A stretch of 64,000 nucleotides of DNA, from positions 130,882,001-130,946,000 of the forward strand of contig OZ024743.1 in assembly GCA_964016885.1 (NCBI GenBank), given 5' to 3'. The DNA comes from Eledone cirrhosa. Lineage: Eukaryota. Made by a program: the position numbers and the translations under genes. The notes under the pieces were generated by a model that had not been told where the DNA came from, did not search any database, and saw only the letters and a list, made by a program, of their open reading frames with translations. Position 1 is the first letter of the stretch, and each line of letters opens with the position of its first letter. Of this stretch, positions 21,400 to 33,300 are shown piece by piece.

Positions 21400-24300
21400 G
21401 TGCTTGGTGTTTGGTGCTTGGTGCTTGGGGCTTGGTGTTTGGTGCTTGGTGCTTGGTGCTTGGTGTTTGGTGCTTGGTGTTTGGTGTTTGGTGTTTGATG
21501 CTTGGTGTTTGGTGCTTGGTGTTTGGTGCTTGGTGCTTGGGGCTTGGTGTTTGGTGTTTGGTGCTTGGTGCTTGGTGTTTGGTGCTTGGTGCTTGGTGCT
21601 GGGTGGTTGGTATTTGGTGCTTGGTGCTTGGTGTTTGGTGCTTGGTGCTTGGTGCTTGGTGTTTGGTGCTTGGTGCTTGGTGCTTGGTCTTTGGTGCTTG
21701 GTGTTTGGTGTCTGGTGCTTGGTGCTTTGTGTTTGGTGCTTGGTGATTAGTGTTTGGTGCTTGGTGCTTGGGGTTTGGTGTTTGGTGCTTGGTACTTGGT
21801 GTTTGGCGCTTGGTGTTTGGTGTTTGCTGTTTGGTGTTTGGTGTTTGGTGTTTGCTGTATGGTGTTTGCTGTTTCGTGTTTGGTGTTTGCTGTTTGGTGT
21901 TTGGTGTTTGCTGTTTGGTGTTTGGTCTTTGGTGCTTGGTGTTTGGTGCTTGGTGCTTGGTGTTTGGTGTTTGGTGCTTGGTGTTTGGTGTTTGGTGCTT
22001 GGTGCTTGGTGCTTGGTGTTTGGTGTTTGGTGTTTGGTGCTTGGTGTCTGGTGCTTGGTGTTTGGTGTTTGGTGTTTGGTGCTTCGTGTTTGGTGTTTGG
22101 TGTTTGGTGTTTGGTGCTTGTTGCTTGGTACTTGGTGCTTGGTGTTTGGTGCTTGGTGCTTGGTGTTTGGTGCTGGGTGCTTGGTGTTTGGTGCTTGGTT
22201 CTTGGTGGTTGGTGTTTGGTGTTTGGTGCTTGGTGCTTGGTGCTTGGTGTTTGGTGTTTGGTGCTTGGTGTTTTATGCTTGGTGTTTGATGTTTGGTGCT
22301 TGGTGCTTGGTGTTTGGTGCTTGGTGCTTGGTGTTTGTACTTGGTGCTTGGTGCTTGGTTCTTGGTGTTTGGTGCTTGGTGCTTGGGGCTTGGTGCTTGG
22401 TGTTTGGTGCTTGGTGTTTGGTGCTTGGTGTTTGGTGCTTGGTGCCTGGTGCTTGGTGCTTGGTGTTTGGTGCTTGGTGTTTGGTGCTTGGTATTAGGTG
22501 TTTGGTGCTTGGTGCTTGGTGTTTGGTGTTTGGTGCTTGGTGTTTGGTGCTTGGTGCTTGGTGTTTGGTGTTTGGTGCTTGGTGTTTGGTGCTTGGTACT
22601 TGGTGCTTGGTGCTTGGTGTTAGGTGTTTGGTGCTTGGTGCTTGGTGTTTGGTTTTTGGTGCTTGGTGCTTGGTGTTTGGTGTTTGGTGCTTGCTGCTGG
22701 CTGCTTGGTGTTTGGTGCTTGGTGATTGGTGCTTGGTGTTTGGTGCTTGGTGTTTGGTGTTTGGTACTAGGTGCTTGGTGCTTGGTGTTTGGTGCTTGGT
22801 GCTTGGTGTTTGGTGTTTGGTGCTTGGTGCTTGGTGTTTGGTGCTTGGTGCTGGGTGCTGGGGGGTTGGTGTTTGGTGTTTGGTGTTTGGTGCTGGGTGC
22901 TTGGTGTTTGGTGCTTGGTGCTTGGTCTTTGGTGTTTGGTGTTTGGTGTTTGGTGCTTGGTGCTTGGTGCTTGGTGTTTGGTGCTTGGTGCTTGGTGTTT
23001 GGTGCTTGGTGCTTAGTGTTTGGTGCTAGGTGCTTGGGGTTTGGTGTTTGGTGCTTGGTGCTTGGTGTTTGGTGCTTGGTGCTTGGTGTTTGGTGTTTGG
23101 TGCTTGGTGCTTGGTGTTTGGTGTTTGGTGTTTGCTGTTTGGTGTTTGGTGTTTGGTGTTTGCTGTTTGGTGTCTGCTTTTTGGTGTTTGGTGTTGGCTG
23201 TATGTTATTTGCTGTTTGGTGTTTGGTGTTTGGTGTTTGGTGCTTGGTGCTTGGTGTTTGGTGTTTGGTGCTTGGTGCTTGGAGTTTGGTGTTTGGTGCT
23301 TGGTGCTTGGTGTTTTGTGTTTGGTGTTTGGTTTTTGGTGCTTGGTGCTTGGTGCTTGTTGCTTGGTCCTTGGTGTTTGGTGCTTGGTGCTTGGTGTTTG
23401 TACTTGGTGCTTGGTGCTTGGTGTTTGGTTCTTGGTTCTTGGTGTTTGGTACTTGGTGCTTGGTGCTTGGTGCTTGGTGTTTGGTGTTTGGTGCTTGGTG
23501 TTTGGTGCTTGGTGCTTGGTGCTTGGTGTTAGGTGTTTGGTGCTTGGTGCTTGGTGTTTGGTGCTTGGTGTTTGGTGTTTGCTGTTTGGTGTTTGGTGTT
23601 TGGTGTTTGGTGTTTGCTGTTTGGTGTCTGCTTTTTGGTGTTTGGTGTTTGCTGTATGGTGTTTGCTGTTTCGTGTTTGGTGTTTGCTGTTTGGTGTTTG
23701 GTGTTTGCTGTTTGGTGTTTGGTCTTTGGTGCTTGGTGTTTGGTGCTTGGTGCTTGGTGTTTGGTGTTTGGTGCTTGGTGCTTGGTGCTTCGTGTTTGGT
23801 GTTTGGTGCTTGGTGTCTGGAGCTTGGTGTTTGGTGTTTGGTGCTTGGTGTTTGGTGTTTGGTGCTTGGTGCTTGGTGTTTGGTGCTTGGTTCTTGGTGT
23901 TTGGTGCTTGGTGTTTGGTGCTTGGTGCTTGGTGTTTGGTGCTTGGTGCTTGGTGTTTGGTGTTTGGTGCTTGGTGCTTGGTGCTTGGTGTTTGATGTTT
24001 GGTGCTTGGTGCTTGGTGTTTGGTGTTTGGTTCTTGGTGCTTGGTATTTGGTGCTTGGTGCTTGCTGCTTGGTGTTTGGTGCTTGGTGATTGATGCTTGG
24101 TGTTTGATGCTTGGTGCTTGGTGTTTGGTTTTTGGTGCTAGGTGCTTGGTGCTTGGTGTTTGGTGCTTGGTGTTTGGTGTTTGCTGCTTGGTGCTTGGGG
24201 CTTGGTGTTTGGTACTTGGTGCTTGGTGCTTGGTGTTTGGTGCTTGGTGCTTGGTGTATGGTGTTTGGTGTTTGGTGCTTGGTGTTTGGTGTTTGGTGCT

Positions 24301-27300
24301 TGGTGCTTGGTGTTTGTTGCTTGGTACTTGGTTCATGGTGTTTGGTGCTGGGTGCTTGGTGTTTGGTGCTTGGTGCTAGGTGTTTGGTGTTTGGTGCTTG
24401 GTGTTTGGTGTTTGGTGCTTGGTGCTTGGTGTTTGTTGCTTGGTACTTGGTGCATGGTGTTTGGTGCTGGGTGCTTGGTGTTTGGTGCTTGGTGTTTGGT
24501 GCTTGGTGCTTGGTGTTTGGTGTTTGGTGTTTGATGCTTGGTGTTTGATGCTTGGTGCTTGGTGCTTGGTGTTTGGTGCTTGGTGTTTGTACTTGGTGCT
24601 TGGTGTTTTGTGCTTGGTTCTTTGTGTTTGGTGTTTGGTGCTTGGTGCTTGGTGCTTGGTGTTAGGTGTTTGGAGCTTGGTGCTTGGTGTTTGGTGTTTG
24701 GTCCTTGGTGCTTGGTGTTTGGTGTTTGGTGCTTTCTGCTTGCTGCTTGGAGTTTGGTGCTTGGTGCTTGGTGCTTGGTGTTTGGTGTTTGGTGCTAGGT
24801 GCTTGGTGTTTGGTGTTTGGTGTTTGATGCTTGGTGTTTGGTGCTTGGTGTTTGGTGTTTTGTGCTTGGTGCTTGGGGCTTGGTGTTTAGTGCTTGGTGC
24901 TTGGTGCTTGGTGTTTGGTTGTTGGTGCTTGGTGTTTGGTGTTTGGTGTTTGGTGCTTGGTGCTTGGTGTTTGGTGCTTGGTGCTTGGTGCTGGGTGGTT
25001 GGTATTTGGTGCTTGGTGCTTGGTGTTTGGTGCTTGGTGCTTGGTGCTTGGTGTTTGGTGCTTGGTGCTTGGTGCTTGGTCTTTGGTGCTTGGTGTTTGG
25101 TGCTTGGTGCTTGGTGCTTGGTGTTTGGTGCTTGGTGATTAGTGTTTGGTGCTTGGTGCTTGGGGTTTGGTGTTTGGTGCTTGGTACTTGGTGTTTGGTG
25201 CTTGGTGTTTGGTGTTTGCTGTTTGGTGTTTGGTGTTTGCTGTTTGCTGTTTGCTGTTTGCTTTTTGGTGTTTGGTGTTTGCTGTATGGTGTTTGCTGTT
25301 TGGTGTTTGGTGTTTGCTGTTTGGTGTTTGGTGTTTGCTGTTTGGTATTTGGTGGTTGGTGTTTGGTGCTTGGTGCTTGGTGTTTGGTGTTTGGTGCTTG
25401 GTGCTTGGTGTTTGGTGTTTGTTGCTTGGTGCTTGGTGCTTGGTGTTTGGTGTTTGGTGTTTGGTGCTTGGTGTCTGGTGTTTGGTGTTTGGTGTTTGGT
25501 GCTTGTTGCTTGGTGCTTGGTGCTTGGGGTTTGGTTCTTGGTTCTTGGTGTTTGGTACTTGGTGCTTGGTGTTTGGTGCTGGGTGCTTGGTGTTTGGTGC
25601 TTGGTGCTTGGTGCTTGCTGTTTGGTGTTTGGTGCTTGGTGCTTGGTGTTTGGTGTTTGGTGTTATATGCTTGGTGTTTGATGCTTGGTGCTTGGTGCTT
25701 GGTATTTGGTGTTTGGTGCTTGGTGTTTGTACTTGGTGCTTGGTTCTTGGTTCTTGGTGCTTGGTGCTTGGTGCTTGGTGCTTGGTGCTTGGTGTTTGGT
25801 GCTTGGTGTTTGGTGCTTGGTGTTTGGTGCTTGGTGCCTGGTGCTTGGTGCTTGGTGCTTGGTGTTTGGTGCTTGGTGTTTGGTGCTTGGTGTTAGGTGT
25901 TTGGTGCTTGGTGCTTGGTGTTTGGTGTTTGGTGCTTGGTGTTTGGTGCTTGGTGCTTGGTGTTTGGTGTTTGGTGCTTGGTGTTTGGTGCTTGGTACTT
26001 GGTGCTTGGTGCTTGGTGTTAGGTGTTTGGTGCTTGGTGCCTGGTGTTTGGTTTTTGGTGCTTGGTGCTTGGTGTTTGCTGTTTGGTGCTTGCTGCTGGC
26101 TGCTTGGTGTTTGGTGCTTGGTGATTGGTGCTTGGTGTTTGGTGCTTGGTGTTTGGTGTTTGGTACTAGGTGCTTGGTGTTTGGTGTTTGGTGTTTGGTG
26201 CTTGGTGTTTGGTGTTTGGTGTTTGGTGCTTGGTGCTTGGTGCTTGGTGCTGGGTGGTTGGTGTTTGGTGCTTGGTGATTAGTGTTTGGTGCTAGGCGCT
26301 TGGGGTTTGGTGTTTGGTGCTTGGTGCTTGGTGTTTGGTGCTTGGTGCTTGGTGTTTGGTGCTTGGTGCTTGGTGTTTGCTGTTTGCTGTTTGCTGTTTG
26401 GTGTTTGTTGTTTGGTGTTTGTTGATTGGTGTTTGCTGTTTGGTGCTTGGTGCTTGGTCTTTGGTGCTTGGTGTTTGGTGTTTGGTGCTTGGTGCTTTGT
26501 GTTTGGTGCTTGGTGATTAGTGTTTGGTGCTTGGTGCTTGGGGTTTGGTGTTTGGTGCTTGGTACTTGGTGTTTGGTGCTTGGTGTTTGGTGTTTGCTGT
26601 TTGGTGTTTGGTGTTTGGTGTTTGCTGTATGGTGTTTGCTGTTTCGTGTTTGGTGTTTGCTGTTTGGTGTTTGGTGTTTGCTGTTTGGTGTTTGGTCTTT
26701 GGTGCTTGGTGTTTGGTGCTTGATTCTTGGTGTATGGTGTTTGGTGCTTGGTGTTTGGTGTTTGGTGCTTGGTGCTTGGTGCTTGGTGTTTGGTGTTTGG
26801 TGTTTGGTGCTTGGTGTCTGGTGCTTGGTGTTTGGTGTTTGGTGTTTGGTGCTTGGTGTTTGGTGTTTGGTGTTTGGTGTTTGGTGCTTGTTGCTTGGTA
26901 CTTGGTGCTTGGTGTTTGGTGCTTGGTGCTTGGTGTTTGGTGCTGGGTGCTTGGTGTTTGGTGCTTGGTGCTTGGTGCTTGGTGTTTGGTGTTTGGTGCT
27001 TGGTGCTTGGTGCTTGGTGTTTGGTGTTTGGTGCTTGGTGTTTTATGCTTGGTGTTTGATATTTGGTGCTTGGTGCTTGGTGTTTGTACTTGGTGCTTGG
27101 TGCTTGGTTCTTGGTGTTTGGTGCTTGGTGCTTGGTGCTTGGTGCTTGGTGTTTGGTGCTTGGTGTTTGGTGCTTGGTGTTTGGTGCTTGGTGCCTGGTG
27201 TTTGGTGCTTGGTGCTTGGTGTTTGGTGCTTGGTGTTTGGTGCTTGGTATTAGGTGTTTGGTGCTTGGTGCTTGGTGTTTGGTGTTTGGTGCTTGGTGTT

Positions 27301-30300
27301 TGGTGCTTGGTGCTTGGTGTTTGGTGTTTGGTGCTTGGTGTTTGGTGCTTGGTACTTGGTGCTTGGTGCTTGGTGTTAGGTGTTTGGTGCTTGGTGCTTG
27401 GTGTTTGGTTTTTGGTGCTTGGTGCTTCGTGTTCGGTGTTTGGTGCTTGCTGCTGGCTGCTTGGTGTTTGGTGCTTGGTGATTGGTGCTTGGTGTTTGGT
27501 GCTTGGTGTTTGGTGTTTGGTACTAGGTGCTTGGTGCTTGGTGTTTGGTGCTTGGTGCTTGGTGTTTGGTGTTTGGTGCTTGGTGCTTGGTGTTTGGTGC
27601 TTGGTGCTGGGTGCTGGGTGGTTGGTGTTTGGTGTTTGGTGTTTGGTGCTGGGTGCTTGGTGTTTGGTGCTTGGTGCTTGGTCTTTGGTGTTTGGTGTTT
27701 GGTGTTTGGTGCTTGGTGCTTGGTGCTTGGTGTTTGGTGCTTGGTGCTTGGTGTTTGGTGCTTGGTGCTTAGTGTTTGGTGCTAGGTGCTTGGGGTTTGG
27801 TGTTTGGTGCTTGGTGCTTGGTGTTTGGTGCTTGGTGCTTGGTGTTTGGTGTTTGGTGCTTGGTGCTTGGTGTTTGGTGTTTGGTGTTTGCTGTTTGGTG
27901 TTTGGTGTTTGGTGTTTGCTGTTTGGTGTCTGCTTTTTGGTGTTTGGTGTTGGCTGTATGTTATTTGCTGTTTGGTGTTTGGTGTTTGGTGTTTGGTGCT
28001 TGGTGCTTGGTGTTTGGTGTTTGGTGCTTGGTGCTTGGAGTTTGGTGTTTGGTGCTTGGTGCTTGGTGTTTTGTGTTTGGTGTTTGGTTTTTGGTGCTTG
28101 GTGCTTGGTGCTTGTTGCTTGGTCCTTGGTGTTTGGTGCTTGGTGCTTGGTGTTTGTACTTGGTGCTTGGTGCTTGGTGTTTGGTTCTTGGTTCTTGGTG
28201 TTTGGTACTTGGTGCTTGGTGCTTGGTGCTTGGTGTTTGGTGTTTGGTGCTTGGTGTTTGGTGCTTGGTGCTTGGTGCTTGGTGTTAGGTGTTTGGTGCT
28301 TGGTGCTTGGTGTTTGGTGCTTGGTGTTTGGTGTTTGCTGTTTGGTGTTTGGTGCTTCGTGTTTGGTGTTTGCTGTTTGGTGTCTGCTTTTTGGTGTTTG
28401 GTGTTTGCTGTATGGTGTTTGCTCTTTCGTGTTTGGTGTTTGCTGTTTGGTGTTTGGTGTTTGCTGTTTGGTGTTTGGTCTTTGGTGCTTGGTGTTTGGT
28501 GCTTGGTGCTTGGTGTTTGGTGTTTGGTGCTTGGTGCTTGGTGCTTCGTGTTTGGTGTTTGGTGCTTGGTGTCTGGAGCTTGGTGTTTGGTGTTTGGTGC
28601 TTGGTGTTTGGTGTTTGGTGCTTGGTGCTTGGTGTTTGGTGCTTGGTGCTTGGTGTTTGTACTTGGTGCTTGGTGCTTGGTGTTTGGTGCTTGGTTCTTG
28701 GTGTTTGGTGCTTGGTGTTTGGTGCTTGGTGCTTGGTGTTTGGTGCTTGGTGCTTGGTGTTTGGTGTTTGGTGCTTGGTGCTTGGTGCTTGGTGTTTGGT
28801 GTTTGGTGCTTGGTGCTTGGTGTTTGGTGTTTGTTTCTTGGTGCTTGGTATTTGGTGCTTGGTGCTTGCTGCTTGGTGTTTGGTGCTTGGTGATTGATGC
28901 TTGGTGTTTGATGCTTGGTGCTTGGTGTTTGGTTTTTGGTGCTAGGTGCTTGGTGCTTGGTGTTTGGTGCTTGGTGTTTGGTGTTTGCTGCTTGGTGCTT
29001 GGGGCTTGGTGTTTGGTACTTGGTGCTTGGTGCTTGGTGTTTGGTGCTTGGTGCTTGGTGTATGGTGTTTGGTGTTGGGTGCTTGGTGTTTGGTGTTTGG
29101 TGCTTGGTGCTTGGTGTTTGTTGCTTGGTACTTGGTTCATCGTGTTTGGTGCTGGGTGCTTGGTGTTTGGTGCTTGGTGCTTGGTGTTTGGTGTTTGGTG
29201 CTTGGTGTTTGGTGTTTGGTGCTTGGTGCTTGGTGTTTGTTGCTTGGTACTTGGTGCATGGTGTTTGGTGCTGGGTGCTGGGTGTTTGGTGCTTGGTGTT
29301 TGGTGCTTGGTGCTTGGTGTTTGGTGTTTGGTGTTTGATGCTTGGTGTTTGATGCTTGGTGCTTGGTGCTTGGTGTTTGGTGCTTGGTGTTTGTACTTGG
29401 TGCTTGGTGTTTTGTGCTTGGTTCTTTGTGTTTGGTGTTTGGTGCTTGGTGCTTGGTGCTTGGTGTTAGGTGTTTGGTGCTTGGTGCTTGGTGTTTGGTG
29501 TTTGGTCCTTGGTGCTTGGTGTTTAGTGCTTGGTGCTTGGTGTTTGTTGTTTGGTGCTTTCTGCTTGCTGCTTGGCGTTTGGTGCTTGGTGCTTGGTGCT
29601 TGGTGTTTGGTGTTTGGTGCTAGGTGCTTGGTGTTTGGTGTTTGGTGTTTGATGCTTGGTGTTTGGTGCTTGGTGTTTGGTGTTTTGTCCTTGGTGCTTG
29701 GGGCTTGGTGTTTAGTGCTTGGTGCTTGGTGCTTGGTGTTTGGTGCTTGGTGCTTGGTGTTTGGTGTTTGGTGTTTGGTGCTTGGTGCTTGGTGTTTGGT
29801 GCTTGGTGCTTGGTGCTGGGTGGTTGGTATTTGGTGCTTGGTGCTTGGTGTTTGGTGCTTGGTGCTTGGTGCTTGGTGTTTGGTGCTTGGTGCTTGGTGC
29901 TTGGTCTTTGTTGCTTGGTGTTTGGTGCTTGGTGCTTGGTGCTTGGTGTTTGGTGCTTGGTGATTAGTGTTTGGTGCTTGGTGCTTGGTGTTTGGTGTTT
30001 GGTGTTTGATGCTTGGTGTTTGATGCTTGGTGCTTGGTGCTTGGTGTTTGGTGCTTGGTGTTTGTACTTGGTGCTTGGTGTTTTGTGCTTGGTTCTTTGT
30101 GTTTGGTGTTTGGTGCTTGGTGCTTGGTGCTTGGTGTTAGGTGTTTGGAGCTTGGTGCTTGGTGTTTGGTGTTTGGTCCTTGGTGCTTGGTGTTTAGTGC
30201 TTGGTGCTTGGTGTTTGGTGTTTGGTGCTTTCTGCTTGCTGCTTGGAGTTTGGTGCTTGGTGCTTGGTGCTTGGTGTTTGGTGTTTGGTGCTAGGTGCTT

Positions 30301-33300
30301 GGTGTTTGGTGTTTGGTGTTTGATGCTTGGTGTTTGGTGCTTGGTGTTTGGTGTTTTGTGCTTGGTGCTTGGGGCTTGGTGTTTAGTGCTTGGTGCTTGG
30401 TGCTTGGTGTTTGGTTGTTGGTGCTTGGTGTTTGGTGTTTGGTGTTTGGTGCTTGGTGCTTGGTGTTTGGTGCTTGGTGCTTGGTGCTGGGTGGTTGGTA
30501 TTTGGTGCTTGGTGCTTGGTGTTTGGTGCTTGGTGCTTGGTGCTTGGTGTTTGGTGCTTGGTGCTTGGTGCTTGGTCTTTGGTGCTTGGTGTTTGGTGCT
30601 TGGTGCTTGGTGCTTGGTGTTTGGTGCTTGGTGATTAGTGTTTGGTGCTTGGTGCTTGGGGTTTGGTGTTTGGTGCTTGGTACTTGGTGTTTGGTGCTTG
30701 GTGTTTGGTGTTTGCTGTTTGGTGTTTGGTGTTTGCTGTTTGCTGTTTGCTGTTTGCTTTTTGGTGTTTGGTGTTTGCTGTATGGTGTTTGCTGTTTGGT
30801 GTTTGGTGTTTGCTGTTTGGTGTTTGGTGTTTGCTGTTTGGTATTTGGTGCTTGGTGTTTGGTGCTTGGTGCTTGGTGTTTGGTGTTTGGTGCTTGGTGC
30901 TTGGTGTTTGGTGTTTGTTGCTTGGTGCTTGGTGCTTGGTGTTTGGTGTTTGGTGTTTGGTGCTTGGTGTCTGGTGTTTGGTGTTTGGTGTTTGGTGCTT
31001 GTTGCTTGGTGCTTGGTGCTTGGGGTTTGGTTCTTGGTTCTTGGTGTTTGGTACTTGGTGCTTGGTGTTTGGTGCTGGGTGCTTGGTGTTTGGTGCTTGG
31101 TGCTTGGTGCTTGCTGTTTGGTGTTTGGTGCTTGGTGCTTGGTGTTTGGTGTTTGGTGTTATATGCTTGGTGTTTGATGCTTGGTGCTTGGTGCTTGGTA
31201 TTTGGTGTTTGGTGCTTGGTGTTTGTACTTGGTGCTTGGTTCTTGGTTCTTGGTGCTTGGTGCTTGGTGCTTGGTGCTTGGTGCTTGGTGTTTGGTGCTT
31301 GGTGTTTGGTGCTTGGTGTTTGGTGCTTGGTGCCTGGTGCTTGGTGCTTGGTGCTTGGTGTTTGGTGCTTGGTGTTTGGTGCTTGGTGTTAGGTGTTTGG
31401 TGCTTGGTGCTTGGTGTTTGGTGTTTGGTGCTTGGTGTTTGGTGCTTGGTGCTTGGTGTTTGGTGTTTGGTGCTTGGTGTTTGGTGCTTGGTACTTGGTG
31501 CTTGGTGCTTGGTGTTAGGTGTTTGGTGCTTGGTGCCTGGTGTTTGGTTTTTGGTGCTTGGTGCTTGGTGTTTGCTGTTTGGTGCTTGCTGCTGGCTGCT
31601 TGGTGTTTGGTGCTTGGTGATTGGTGCTTGGTGTTTGGTGCTTGGTGTTTGGTGTTTGGTACTAGGTGCTTGGTGTTTGGTGTTTGGTGTTTGGTGCTTG
31701 GTGTTTGGTGCTTGGTGCTGGGTGGTTGGTGTTTGGTGCTTGGTGATTAGTGTTTGGTGCTAGGCGCTTGGGGTTTGGTGTTTGGTGCTTGGTGCTTGGT
31801 GTTTGGTGCTTGGTGCTTGGTGTTTGGTGCTTGGTGCTTGGTGTTTGCTGTTTGCTGTTTGCTGTTTGGTGTTTGTTGTTTGGTGTTTGTTGATTGGTGT
31901 TTGCTGTTTGGTGCTTGGTGCTTGGTCTTTGGTGCTTGGTGTTTGGTGTTTGGTGCTTGGTGCTTTGTGTTTGGTGCTTGGTGATTAGTGTTTGGTGCTT
32001 GGTGCTTGGGGTTTGGTGTTTGGTGCTTGGTACTTGGTGTTTGGTGCTTGGTGTTTGGTGTTTGCTGTTTGGTGTTTGGTGTTTGGTGTTTGCTGTATGG
32101 TGTTTGCTGTTTCGTGTTTGGTGTTTGCTGTTTGGTGTTTGGTGTTTGCTGTTTGGTGTTTGGTCTTTGGTGCTTGGTGTTTGGTGCTTGATGCTTGGTG
32201 TATGGTGTTTGGTGCTTGGTGTTTGGTGTTTGGTGCTTGGTGCTTGGTTCTTGGTGTTTGGTGTTTGGTGTTTGGTGCTTGGTGTCTGGTGCTTGGTGTT
32301 TGGTGTTTGGTGTTTGGTGCTTGGTGTTTGGTGTTTGGTGTTTGGTGTTTGGTGCTTGTTGCTTGGTACTTGGTGCTTGGTGTTTGGTGCTTGGTGCTTG
32401 GTGTTTGGTGCTGGGTGCTTGGTGTTTGGTGCTTGGTGCTTGGTGCTTGGTGTTTGGTGTTTGGTGCTTGGTGCTTGGTGCTTGGTGTTTGGTGTTTGGT
32501 GCTTGGTGTTTTATGCTTGGTGTTTGATATTTGGTGCTTGGTGCTTGGTGTTTGTACTTGGTGCTTGGTGCTTGGTTCTTGGTGTTTGGTGCTTGGTGCT
32601 TGGTGCTTGGTGCTTGGTGTTTGGTGCTTGGTGTTTGGTGCTTGGTGTTTGGTGCTTGGTGCCTGGTGTTTGGTGCTTGGTGCTTGGTGTTTGGTGCTTG
32701 GTGTTTGGTGCTTGGTATTAGGTGTTTGGTGCTTGGTGCTTGGTGTTTGGTGTTTGGTGCTTGGTGTTTGGTGCTTGGTGCTTGGTGTTTGGTGTTTGGT
32801 GCTTGGTGTTTGGTGCTTGGTACTTGGTGCTTGGTGCTTGGTGTTAGGTGTTTGGTGCTTGGTGCTTGGTGTTTGGTTTTTGGTGCTTGGTGCTTGGTGT
32901 TCGGTGTTTGGTGCTTGCTGCTGGCTGCTTGGTGTTTGGTGCTTGGTGATTGGTGCTTGGTGTTTGGTGCTTGGTGTTTGGTGTTTGGTACTAGGTGCTT
33001 GGTGCTTGGTGTTTGGTGCTTGGTGCTTGGTGTTTGGTGTTTGGTGCTTGGTGCTTGGTGTTTGGTGCTTGGTGCTGGGTGCTGGGTGGTTGGTGTTTGG
33101 TGTTTGGTGTTTGGTGCTGGGTGCTTGGTGTTTGGTGCTTGGTGCTTGGTCTTTGGTGTTTGGTGTTTGGTGTTTGGTGCTTGGTGCTTGGTGCTTGGTG
33201 TTTGGTGCTTGGTGCTTGGTGTTTGGTGCTTGGTGCTTAGTGTTTGGTGCTAGGTGCTTGGGGTTTGGTGTTTGGTGCTTGGTGCTTGGTGTTTGGTGCT

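Larger units (their letters stand above)
5590..21400. repeat. HOR domain B: six variable-length copies of a core marked by CCAGTGT, TTAGTCC and TTGGGGA
   Basis: CCCAGT occurs at 6845, 9369, 12324, 15111, 16928 and 19609 (spacings 2524, 2955, 2787, 1817, 2681) and was not seen elsewhere. The 5-bp TTGAT unit was seen only in this domain. Confidence 0.85.
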
